NCBI GenBank assembly: GCA_043228905.1
Contig: JBHGNT010000014.1
Coordinates: 6,200,001 to 6,264,000 of the forward strand
Origin: Azolla caroliniana
Taxonomy: Eukaryota; Plantae; Polypodiophyta
Reading direction: 5' to 3'
DNA: 64,000 nucleotides
The notes beneath the pieces were generated by a model. The model worked only from the letters and a program-made list of their open reading frames with translations, was not told where the DNA came from and made no database searches. The first letter of the stretch is position 1, and each line of letters opens with the position of its first letter. Positions 1 to 10,365 of the stretch are shown piece after piece. The position numbers were made by a program, and so were the translations under genes.

Positions 1-535
1 TTTGAGGATACCTCCAACTTCGGTTTTCGGTAACCAGATCCTGCGCCTGATCTTCATCCGAATCCGATTCGGGATCTTGGGCGGTTCCGGTTCCAGCTTC
101 CTCTTCTTCTTCATCTGCCAGTTCGGTATCCTCACCGTAACCGGCCGCTTCTTCGAGTGTCAACCGGCTCTCATCCAGGTAGGTCCAAATCTCATCGAAC
201 CAATCCTTACCAGTCAACTTGGAGTTCATTATCTTCTTCTCCGACTCCCAGTCGGCAAGGGTCTTGTCCTCCATGAAGATAATATCTCAACTCCGGAACA
301 CCTTCTTGTCAACGATGTCCCACACTCGGTAACCGAACTCATCATCGCCGTATCTGAGGAATATGCAAGGCCGAGACTTTGGATCCAACTTTGCTCTCCG
401 GTCCTTTACCAGATGCACATAAGCGAGACACCCGAACACCTTTAGATGTCAATAAGACACATTCTTATCGGTCCATACTCTCTGCGGCATGTCTTCGTCC
501 AAGGGTACTAAGGGTGATATGTTTATCACGAATAT
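1..535 (-). mobile_element. Ty1/copia family A (Tnt1/Tork-like) fragment A1, integrase C-terminus; continues at 10246-10365 after gypsy G1
   Basis: Minus strand reads HLKVFGCLAY..KLDPKSRPCIFL..DEFGYRVWD, homologous to copia copies at 39400-40070 and 53100-53700; resumes after G1 with ELNRLAERMNQTIMERVR..LPKTFWAEAL. Confidence 0.85.
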
Positions 536-1251
536 TGTCGTAGTGTGAATCACACACCACGTGAAATATGTAAAATACTATATCCAATTTAAAGTACGTA
601 TAATAAATCAAATAAAATATTAAAAATATTTATTACGTGCATAAGGCAAGATTCAAACCCTATACCTCCACATAGACAAACCCCAACCTTACCATTGTAC
701 TAACTTATCCTCAGTGTGTCAAAATATAGATTTAGTACGTATAAGACCTTTATTTACCAAGGTAAGTCATGCATTTTTTAGAATGCGCGAATACTTTATT
801 TATAAGAAAAATGTACACCAATAAAAAATGACTCGTGCACATCTAGCGAGCATGAGCACTATATTTACGAAATAAAAGTATAGTGTAAAAAGGCAACTCA
901 TGCACATTTAGTGTGCATGAACACTTTAGAAAAAGCATGAAGCTATGCTTAGCCTCTTCCATCCTTATATAAGGAGGAGAGAAAGATGTATGGGGGGTTG
1001 TTGATTATTTTACAAGGGTTGATTAATATAATATAATCGTGGGATTCACAAATTTGCTAACTATTTTTCTCTCTTAATCTGAGTACTCACTAATACACTA
1101 TACTCGTGGGATTCACGAGTTTTTCATATCTTTCTTTCTTACAACATATTTCATATTCTTCATTGCCTTAGAATTTTCTTTTCTCCTAGTTCAAAACCTC
1201 AGTGGTTCCCATCCGACTCACGCAAACGATCCGGCGCCGAAAGGCACGATA
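536..1251 (+). repeat. G1 5' LTR
   Basis: Direct repeat of 9516-10245 (about 15 substitutions and one ~14-bp indel); TATA-like CTTATATAAG at ~965. Confidence 0.95.
638..702 (-). promoter_or_regulatory. tRNA-like Pol III A-box/B-box cassette in G1 LTR (second copy 9618-9682)
   Basis: Minus strand TAGTACAATGGTAAG-N17-TGGAGGT-ATAGGGTTTGAATCTTGC followed by a T5 run. Confidence 0.55.
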
Positions 1252-1255
1252 CAAG

Positions 1256-1272
1256 TGGTGAACCCGACATGA
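1256..1272 (+). promoter_or_regulatory. Primer binding site complementary to tRNA-Trp
   Basis: TGGTGAACCCGACATGA, 4 nt after the LTR; plant tRNA-Trp ends ...TCACGTCGGGTTCACCA (1 mismatch). Confidence 0.85.
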
Positions 1273-1289
1273 AAACGGGTGGCAAGGAT

Positions 1290-4200
1290 ATGGAAAATCA
1301 ACCGGAGGCTAACAACATGATGATGATTTTTGGGTGGATGCTTGAGGAACAACATGCGATGTCGGAGATAGCGGCGGCAGTAGAGCGGCTCGTGCAACGG
1401 ATTGGGCAATTCAACGGAAAGGACGTATCACGCTATCTTCGGGACTACAAGGCGGAAATGCTACGGTGCGGGATTTCGGAAGGACTACAAGTGGCATCCT
1501 TCAACTGGGTGGCTACCGACGAGCTTCAAGCAAGTATCCACGAGCTACGACAACAAAATCTGACGTGGGAAGTGTTTTAAGAGGCGCTAAAGACCACATT
1601 CGCTATCTAGGACTCCTCCAAGGCAACGCGGAGAGGATTCGAGGATTGGGTGGAAACGCCGAACAAGGGTATGAAGGTCCTCGATGTGTATTCAGCATTC
1701 GAAAGTCGGTTCAGGAGGTTGTCTGCGAGAGATCAAGTTATCCTCACACCGGACAAAGTTATCATGTTATTACGAGCCGTAGACGTTGCGCGATACACAA
1801 AAGAGGGGACAATGGCTTGCCAACGAAGAAAAGAGGGTTTCGGAACCGATTCCGAAACCGAGATCCGGATCGGAAGACCATCAACCGTGGCCTCGGGAAG
1901 CTTCGACCGAGAAGGCAATCGATGCAACTACGGTGGAGCAGTTGCTGAAGGAGATGGAGAATCTAAAAATCGCGATGGTGAAGAAGTCGGATGACCGTCC
2001 CACAAGTTCCAAGTATATGGACCGTTGGTGCATATGGTGCGATAGCACCGAACATGATCGGAGGGATTGCGACGAGCACAAGGAAGTGCTATGACGGGAT
2101 CTTATCTACGGTGGAGCAGTTGCTGAAGGAGATGGAGAATCTAAAAATCGCGATGGTGAAGAAGTCGGATGACCGTCCCACAAGTTCCAAGTATATGGAC
2201 CGTTGGTGCATATGGTGCGATAGCACCGAACATGATCGGAGGGATTGCGACGAGCACAAGGAAGTGCTATGACGGGATCTTATCTACGGTGGAGCAGTTG
2301 CTGAAGGAGATGGAGAATCTAAAAATCGCGATGGTGAAGAAGTCGGATGACCGTCCCACAAGTTCCAAGTATATGGACCGTTGGTGCATATGGTGCGATA
2401 GCACCGAACATGATCGGAGGGATTGCGACGAGCACAAGGAAGTGCTATGACGGGATCTTATCTACGGTGGAGCAGTTGCTGAAGGAGATGGAGAATCTAA
2501 AAATCGCGATGGTGAAGAAGTCGGATGACCGTCCCACAAGTTCCAAGTATATGGACCGTTGGTGCATATGGTGCGATAGCACCGAACATGATCGGAGGGA
2601 TTGCGACGAGCACAAGGAAGTGCTATGACGGGATCTTATCTACGGTGGAGCAGTTGCTGAAGGAGATGGAGAATCTAAAAATCGCGATGGTGAAGAAGTC
2701 GGATGACCGTCCCACAAGTTCCAAGTATATGGACCGTTGGTGCATATGGTGCGATAGCACCGAACATGATCGGAGGGATTGCGACGAGCACAAGGAAGTG
2801 CTATGACGGGATCTTATCTACGGTGGAGCAGTTGCTGAAGGAGATGGAGAATCTAAAAATCGCGATGGTGAAGAAGTCGGATGACCGTCCCACAAGTTCC
2901 AAGTATATGGACCGTTGGTGCATATGGTGCGATAGCACCGAACATGATCGGAGGGATTGCGACGAGCACAAGGAAGTGCTATGACGGGATCTTATCTACG
3001 GTGGAGCAGTTGCTGAAGGAGATGGAGAATCTAAAAATCGCGATGGTGAAGAAGTCGGATGACCGTCCCACAAGTTCCAAGTATATGGACCGTTGGTGCA
3101 TATGGTGCGATAGCACCGAACATGATCGGAGGGATTGCGACGAGCACAAGGAAGTGCTATGACGGGATCTTATCTACGGTGGAGCAGTTGCTGAAGGAGA
3201 TGGAGAATCTAAAAATCGCGATGGTGAAGAAGTCGGATGACCGTCCCACAAGTTCCAAGTATATGGACCGTTGGTGCATATGGTGCGATAGCACCGAACA
3301 TGATCGGAGGGATTGCGACGAGCACAAGGAAGTGCTATGACGGGATCTTATCTACGGTGGAGCAGTTGCTGAAGGAGATGGAGAATCTAAAAATCGCGAT
3401 GGTGAAGAAGTCGGATGACCGTCCCACAAGTTCCAAGTATATGGACCGTTGGTGCATATGGTGCGATAGCACCGAACATGATCGGAGGGATTGCGACGAG
3501 CACAAGGAAGTGCTATGACGGGATCTTATCTACTACGAGGCAAATCAGATTCATTCGATGGACTCTCGGAAGCCGCTCCGATCGAACTTCCAAAAAGGCG
3601 GGATGAAGAAGGTCCTAGAGGAGGAAATAGCGGCGAAGAGCAATTACGCGACAACCGCGGAAATACGTGTCGGGGAGTCATCGGGAGCAAAGGTGTCTTT
3701 TTGGCTGGAAGTGCTAGAAAACATCGAGAAAACTGACTCCAACAAGATCCGAAGCACCGCAGAAGGCATCCGGGAAGCTACGGGATGGGAGTGCCCCGTC
3801 GATAAGAATAGCGTATACGCCCTATGTCAATTACATGAGGTGTATGTGGACGAGAGCTGGAACTCCGACGGAAGAGGGAAAGGAAAATCGATTCCGACAT
3901 TCAAACTCGCTTCGGACATCGAGCAACGGACGGACATAAAGAAAGTGTTCAAGGAGAGAATCCTCGATAGCCGGGTAGATTTTTCACTTTGGGAACTACT
4001 CGGAATAGCAAAAAAGGAGTTCCATGATCTTCTTGTGGATCTCGTAAAAAGAAAAAGACAAACTACGGAGGAAAATGGGCCGATGGTGAATGCAAATACC
4101 GTTCTGATGAACGACACCGAAGTGGAGGATGAGATTCTGAATTCCCACTATACAAAGCCACATTGGGCGCGTGCAACTACGGACACTCCGGTCCGAATCG

Positions 4201-4589
4201 GCAACATCAAAGAGCCCGTGCTAGCATTGATTGATCACGGATTGGAGATCAATTTGATGTCCAAAGAGTTCTACCAGAAGGGGAAGTGGCCTATTAACAC
4301 CAATCATGGATGGAAGATCCGGGCGGCTTGTCTGGATGTGACGGTGAAGATCGGGGATGTCGAGATCGACCAAAATTTCTTCATACAAGACAAGGTCTCA
4401 CATTCCGTGATCCTCAGGCAACCCTTTATCACGGCTTCACGGATGGAGTCCAAGGTGCTCGATAGGGGTGCAGCTTTCGCACGAATTCGGAGCCAAAGCG
4501 GAGGGAAATCCGTCCAATTCCTAACTGTGCCGGCAAATCATGAAAGGAACAAGAGAGAGCTCTTGTCCCAAACAAGGATGGATTTTTAG
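1290..4589 (+). pseudogene. gag: G1 gag-protease ORF (disrupted)
   Basis: Zinc knuckle CIWCDSTEHDRRDC (CX2CX4HX4C); protease-like ALIDHGLEINLMS; stops, deletions and a 178-bp array; ends GAT TTT TAG. Confidence 0.9.
1928..3533 (+). repeat. Perfect tandem array, 9 x 178 bp, covering the gag zinc knuckle
   Basis: Units start at 1928, 2106, 2284, 2462, 2640, 2818, 2996, 3174, 3352; identical 93-aa ORFs every 178 bp; CTAC microhomology at the junctions. Confidence 0.97.
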
Positions 4590-4643
4590 AGCGGACTGTT
4601 GTGGAGTGGGGAAGTGATAGTCCGAGAAGCCTTGATACCGCAC
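4580..4643 (+). promoter_or_regulatory. Putative -1 ribosomal frameshift signal (G1)
   Basis: G GAT TTT TAG, 5-nt spacer, stem CGGACTGTTG/TGATAGTCCG, loop GTGGGG vs downstream CCGCAC; pol lies in the -1 frame. Confidence 0.75.
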
Positions 4644-5655
4644 ACAGGAAGAAAACTCTCGGAGCAAAACAAGTACAAATCGGTTCGGATGGGGCATCTA
4701 CGTACACGGCCGTAACCGGAGGAATGAAGAAAGAATACCGAAAAGTGGAGGATAAGTTACGGTCGGCATCAATAATAAAAGAAGATGAAGAAATCGTGGG
4801 AATAGTTGAACAAATGTTCTATGGGAGCACTCTACAACGACTTCAAGAGCTCACGAAAGATACAAGCTAGGGAGACCAGGTAGTCCCGGTGGAATCGGTC
4901 GAGATGTACGAGATCATTGTGAAAATGGGGCCGGATGCACTCCGCAAAGAAGAAGCAATGGTAAGTACGAAATACAAGACCATGGATAAGAAGGTGAAAC
5001 CGGCCGCGGGATCACTACCCCCCGATAGCGAACAAAAGAGGAAACAAGTCTCGGGAGATCTGGCAATTCGGAAGTCCGTGGATATCGGACATGCCTTCAC
5101 GGATGAGACCCGGAAGAAACTTCGGATCGGTGGAGGTGGTTTCCTTTTACAAAATGAAGAAGAACGATTCTGAGGGATGTTGGAACAACATGGGAAAGCA
5201 TTTGCATTCACATCGAAGGACATAGGGTGCGTTGATCCGAAGATAGTGGAGCCGATGGTGATCGTCACGATTGACCATGTGTTGTGGAACCTGAAACCGA
5301 TTCCGGTGCCGCGGGCGCATATTCCCAAAATCATCGACTTGCTCAAGGAGAAGGTGGCGATGGGGATTCTAGAGCCATCAAATGCTCCGTACTCAAATCG
5401 ATGGTTTACGATTCCGAAGAAGAATGGGTCACTCCGATTTATCCAAGACTTGCAACCGGTGAACAAAGTCACGATCCGAAACTCCAAAGTCGGTCCGATA
5501 GTGGACGAATTTGCGGAAGCATTTGCCGGTCGAGCGATATACTCCATCGGAGACCTATACTCGGGGTATGACCAATTTCAACTAGCCGTGGAGAGCCAAG
5601 ACATCACTACCATGCAGACACCAATAGGATTAGTCCGGATGTGTACGGTACCACA

Positions 5656-7010
5656 TGTCACGGACACACCAAGCGTGGACTAAGACGGAGCACAGATGAT
5701 GAGACTACGATGGAGCGATGACGGAATGACATAAGAGCATAAAGAAAGATATGAAGATCATGGAGACAAGATTGGGCGAAACGAGAATACTAGATTGATA
5801 TGTCCATGACTGGCATTGTTCACCTTGAATTCCTTCAAGGTGAACTCAACTATTTATACTAAGTGGCATGCATACCTATTGCACGCATGTGATACAATAG
5901 AGCATGTAGGCAGTAGGTACGTATGCATGTGCCAAGTGTTAATAATACAAGGGAGAAGTTATGCACATGATGCTAGCTAAAACCTACAATGAGGAAGTAT
6001 ATACATGATTATATGTTAGATGTGTGGTTAACACATAACACTCGATTATAACATGGTTATGTCAAGAGTTCGAATCTTGACATTATCCCCCCTCGAACGA
6101 TGCCTTCCCAAATCGTTTGTTGGCTTAAGGGGATATTGTTGATGAAAATCTTAGATCACCTCCAAAGTATTTTGTAAATCCTAGACAAGGAGTAACCCTT
6201 CCACAAGACGAGGTATTTAACACGAACGGGCATGAGCGACCATGTGTGGTCCTCGCCTAGAACTGGAGCACAAATATCAACGGGTGTGAGCGACCATGTG
6301 CGGTCCTCACGGGGAGCATGAACACCAAGGGGCATGAGTAACCATGTGGGGTCCTTGCCGGGAACTGGAACGGTTCTCGCTAAGAGTTGGAACACGAATA
6401 CCAACGGGCGTGAGCGGCCTTGTGCGGCCCTCATTGGGAACTAGAACATGAACAAGAATGAGAAAGAAACTAAAAAATAGAGACAATGAAGTGATGTTGA
6501 TGATGGTACGGTGACGATGGTAACTCTAGAAGCAACGGCGATGACGGAGACAAGTGATGCTTCTAGTTGGAAGGTGGACAAACTGTCACGGACACACCAA
6601 GCGTGGACTAAGACAGAGCACGGATGATGAGGCTACGACGGAGTGATGACGGAATGACACAAGAGCATAAAGATAGAGATGAAGATCGTGGAGACAAGAT
6701 TGGGCGAAACGAGAATACTAGATTGATATGTCCGTGACTGGCGTTGTTCACCTTGAATTCCTTCAAGGTGAACTCAACTATTTATACTAAGTGGCATGCA
6801 TACCTATTACACGCATGTGATACAATAGAGCATGTAGGCAGTAGGTACGCATGCATGTGCCAAGTGTTAATAATACAAGGGAGAAATTATGCACATGATG
6901 CTAGCTAAAACCTACAATGAGGAAGTATATACATGATTATATGCTAGATGTGTGGTTAACACATAACACTCGATTATAACATGGTTATGTCAAGAGTTTG
7001 AATCTTGACA
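5656..7010 (-). mobile_element. Non-autonomous mini-LTR (TRIM-like) element derived from a chromovirus
   Basis: 427-bp LTRs 5656-6082 and 6584-7010 (TGTCA..TGACA), TSD CCACA/TTACA, minus-strand PPT GAGGGGGGATAA, chromodomain remnant VKYLVLWKGY..DFHQQYP at ~6115-6222. Confidence 0.9.
6225..6450. repeat. About 4 degenerate ~50-80-bp repeats inside the mini element
   Basis: Recurring GGGCRTGAGCGACCATGTGYGGTCCTC..GGAACTGGA. Confidence 0.75.
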
Positions 7011-9515
7011 TTACAAGGCGCGACAAACTCGGTTGCACATATGATGAATGCAATGAACAAGGTGCATCGAGACTGCATTCCGGAGATAACGATGCCGTTT
7101 CTAGATGACATTCCGATGAAAGGATGCGCGGTAGAAGAAAAAGATAATACTATGGATGATCGAGGATGCCGAAAGTTCGTAGTCGACCATATTCATGATT
7201 ACAAGAAAGTGCTTCGAAAATTAGAAGATGTGCACCTAACACTTTCCGGGGAGAAATCGGCATTCTGGCAAGAAGAAATATTGGTAGTTAGACATCTATG
7301 TGGGCCCTACGGCCGAAGACCGTCACCGACCAAGATCGATGCAATTCAGGCTATGCAAGAAATATGCGAGTCACAATCTAAAGTCTGAAGGTTTCTCAGA
7401 GCATGTGCATTCTACCACATATGGATTCCGCACTATGCACACATATTGCGGACCCACTCTATCACTTGTTGCGGAAGGGTAAGAAGTTCGAATGGAAACC
7501 GGAGCATACCAAAGCCGTGAAGAAGCTCAAGAAATCACTACAGAGGGCAAAAGCACTAAAGAAGCCAAACTATGACCGACCGATCATAGTAATGGTTGAC
7601 ACAAGTCCAACTGGAATCGGATGGGTCATCAATCAAGCAGATCCGGATGGTTCGCGATATCTGATCTGATTCGGAGCAAAGGTTCTCAACGAAAGGCAAC
7701 GCGGATATACACAAGTCAAAAGAGAATTATGGGGAGTCGTGTCGACAATCAAATCGGATTGAGATTATTTGATCAGAGCCAAAGTAGTGATCGAAACGGA
7801 TTGTCTTCCAATACTTGGGATGATGCAATGTTGTATGATACCAGATGTGGCTATGCTAAGATGGATTGCATATGTCACATCTCCGGAAAAGACAACACGG
7901 TAGTGGATATGCTATCAAGGGCGAGGTTCGGAGATGACATAACCGAATCTGATAATGAAGAAGTTTTCGAAGACTACTTTGCTTCGGAGCACATATGTCG
8001 GGTGAACGTAATCCGAGAATTCCGGGAAGAAGAATACAAGGGAGAAATCTTGTTGATCGGGAAAGTGCTACAAGAAATCGAGGAATCATCGGACAATAAA
8101 GAAAAGAGAGCCGAGATCCGAAGTAAGAAGCGGCAAGTCCGAAAGTTCTTCTTGAAAAATGGATTAATATGGAGGGAGCCAAAAAGACCGGATGGCATAC
8201 CACTTTGGGTAGTCAGGACGAAAGAGCAACGAAACCGGATAATGTCCAAACTTCACGAATCCGATTGGGCTGGACATCGAGGAACATGGGCAACTTTTGT
8301 GAAAATCAAACAAAAATATTGGTGGAAGAACATGTACAAAGATATAGCGGAGTTCACGGAAAGCTGCGAGAAGTGTCAAATCTACTCCGGAGTTCGACAC
8401 CGAGATGAGTTACATCCGACATTCTCACCGACAATCAACTTCAAATGGATGGTCGATGTTGTAGCCATGCCAACCGGGATCGGACAAAAGAAGTACTTGG
8501 TGTTAGCTCGGGAAGATCTCACAAACCAAGTAGAAGGTCAGGCGCTACAGAGGAAAACGTGTTCTGCGGTATGCCAATTCCTTTTGGAAGAAGTGTTTTG
8601 CAGGTACGGGTGCGTAGGACAAGTGATTGCGGATCGGGGAGAACTCGAGTCTGATAAAGCTATAGAATTCTTCACCAAGCATGGAGTTCGGTTAACACTG
8701 ACAACGGCATACAATCCGGAAGCCAACGGGAAGATCGAACGAGGACATAGTCCGATCGTCAAAGCACTTGCGAAGGCATGCGATGGAAGGGTGAAGGATT
8801 GGCCGCAGATGCTTCCGTATGCACTATGGGCGGATCGGACGACGCATAGCTCCGTAACCGGTTACATGCCGGCAGAACTCATGACCGGACAAGCACCGGT
8901 AATGCCAACGGAAACCGCGATCGCGACATGGATAGTGCTATTGTGGAAGGAAGAGATGAGCCGGGAAGAACTACTAGCGGTTCAGATACGACAACTAGAG
9001 GGAAGACCGGAAGACATAGCGGAAGCAATATGCCGACAACAAGAAGTGCGATTCCGGAATAAAAGCCGGTTCAACACAAAGCACCGACTACGACCGTGGA
9101 AGATTGAAGAAGGAGATTGGGTGATTGTCTACGACAGTAGTTTGGATCATCAACATACAACGATGCGGAAGTTCGCGAAAAGGTGGTTCGGGCCATACGA
9201 GGTTCAGAAAGTTTTCGACAACGGAACTTACCGACTATGCAAGTTGGATGGAACGATGCTACGAGTGCCTATAGCCGAGAAACGGGTGAAGATTTTCAAG
9301 AAGCGGACTGATGAAGAACCCTATGTGATCCTAGACAAGACCAACAAGAAGGAGCAATCGGACGAAGATCGCGGTGATGCGGAAAGTGAAGAAAGTGGAT
9401 TACAACTCATAGTCGACTTAAGGGGAGAATCGGAGGAAGCTTCGGATGAAGGTGAATAGCAAGCATCGGGGACTTTGGCACATACCAGAGGATGTGCGGG
9501 TTCAGAGGGGGCGAG

Positions 9516-10245
9516 TGTCGTAGTGTGAATCACACACTACATGAAATATGTAAAATACTATATCCGATTTAAAGTACATATAATAAATCAAATAAAATAT
9601 TAAAAATATTTATTACGTGCATAGGGCAAGATTCAAACCTTGTACCTCCACATAGACAAACCCCAACCTTACCATTGTACTAACTTATCCTCAGTGTTTC
9701 AAAATATAGATTTAATACGTATAAGACCTTTATTTACGCCTACCTTTATTAAAAGGTAAGTCATGCATTTTTTAGAATGCGCGAATACTTTATTTATAAG
9801 AAAAATGTACACCAATAAAAAATGACTCGTGCACATCTAGCGAGCATGAGCACTATATTTATGAAATAAAAGCATAGTGTAAAAAGGCAACTCATGCACA
9901 TTTAGTGTGCATGAACACTTTAGAAAAAGCATGAAGCTATGCTTAGCCTCTTCCATCCTTATATAAGGAGGAGAGAAAGATGTATGGGGGGTTGTTGATT
10001 ATTTTACAAGGGTTGATTAATATAATATAATTGTGGGATTCACAAATTTGCTAACTATTTTTCTCTCTTAATCTGAGTACTCACTAATACACTATACTCA
10101 TGGGATTCACGAGTTTTTCATATCTTTCTTTCTTACAACATATTTCATATTCTTCATTGCCTTAGAATTTTCTTTTCTCCTAGTTCAAAACCTCAGTGGT
10201 TCCCACCCGACTCACGCAAACGATCCGGCGCCGAAAGGCACGACA
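9516..10245 (+). repeat. G1 3' LTR
   Basis: Follows the PPT; matches 536-1251. Confidence 0.95.
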
Positions 10246-10365
10246 ACGTCACTGTCATCAGCGCCTCAGCCCAAAACGTCTTGGGTAACTTGGAATGTGC
10301 TTGCATTCTCCGGACCCTCTCCATTATGGTCTGGTTCATCCTCTCGGCCAGCCTATTGAGTTCCG

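Larger units (their letters stand above)
4586..9459 (+). pseudogene. pol: G1 pol (RT, RNase H, integrase), disrupted and interrupted at 5656-7010
   Basis: YSNRWFTIPKKNGSLRFIQDLQPVN, DLYSGYDQF, PFLDD, VDTSPTGIG, HHCC + DDE integrase (ORF 7621-9459), GPY motif, no chromodomain. Confidence 0.92.
536..10245 (+). mobile_element. Full-length degenerate Ty3/gypsy LTR retrotransposon G1 (non-chromovirus)
   Basis: LTRs 536-1251 and 9516-10245 (TGTCGT...ACGACA), PBS 1256-1272, PPT AGAGGGGGCGAG 9504-9515, order gag-PR-RT-RH-INT, 4-bp TSD ATAT/ACGT. Confidence 0.95.

Noticed and set aside
1928-3533. CRISPR-like array
   Set aside because: Units are contiguous and identical with no unique spacers; no cas genes; eukaryotic context
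1991-3606. Series of identical 93-aa ORFs
   Set aside because: Artefact of a 178-bp unit shifting frame; no independent gene signals
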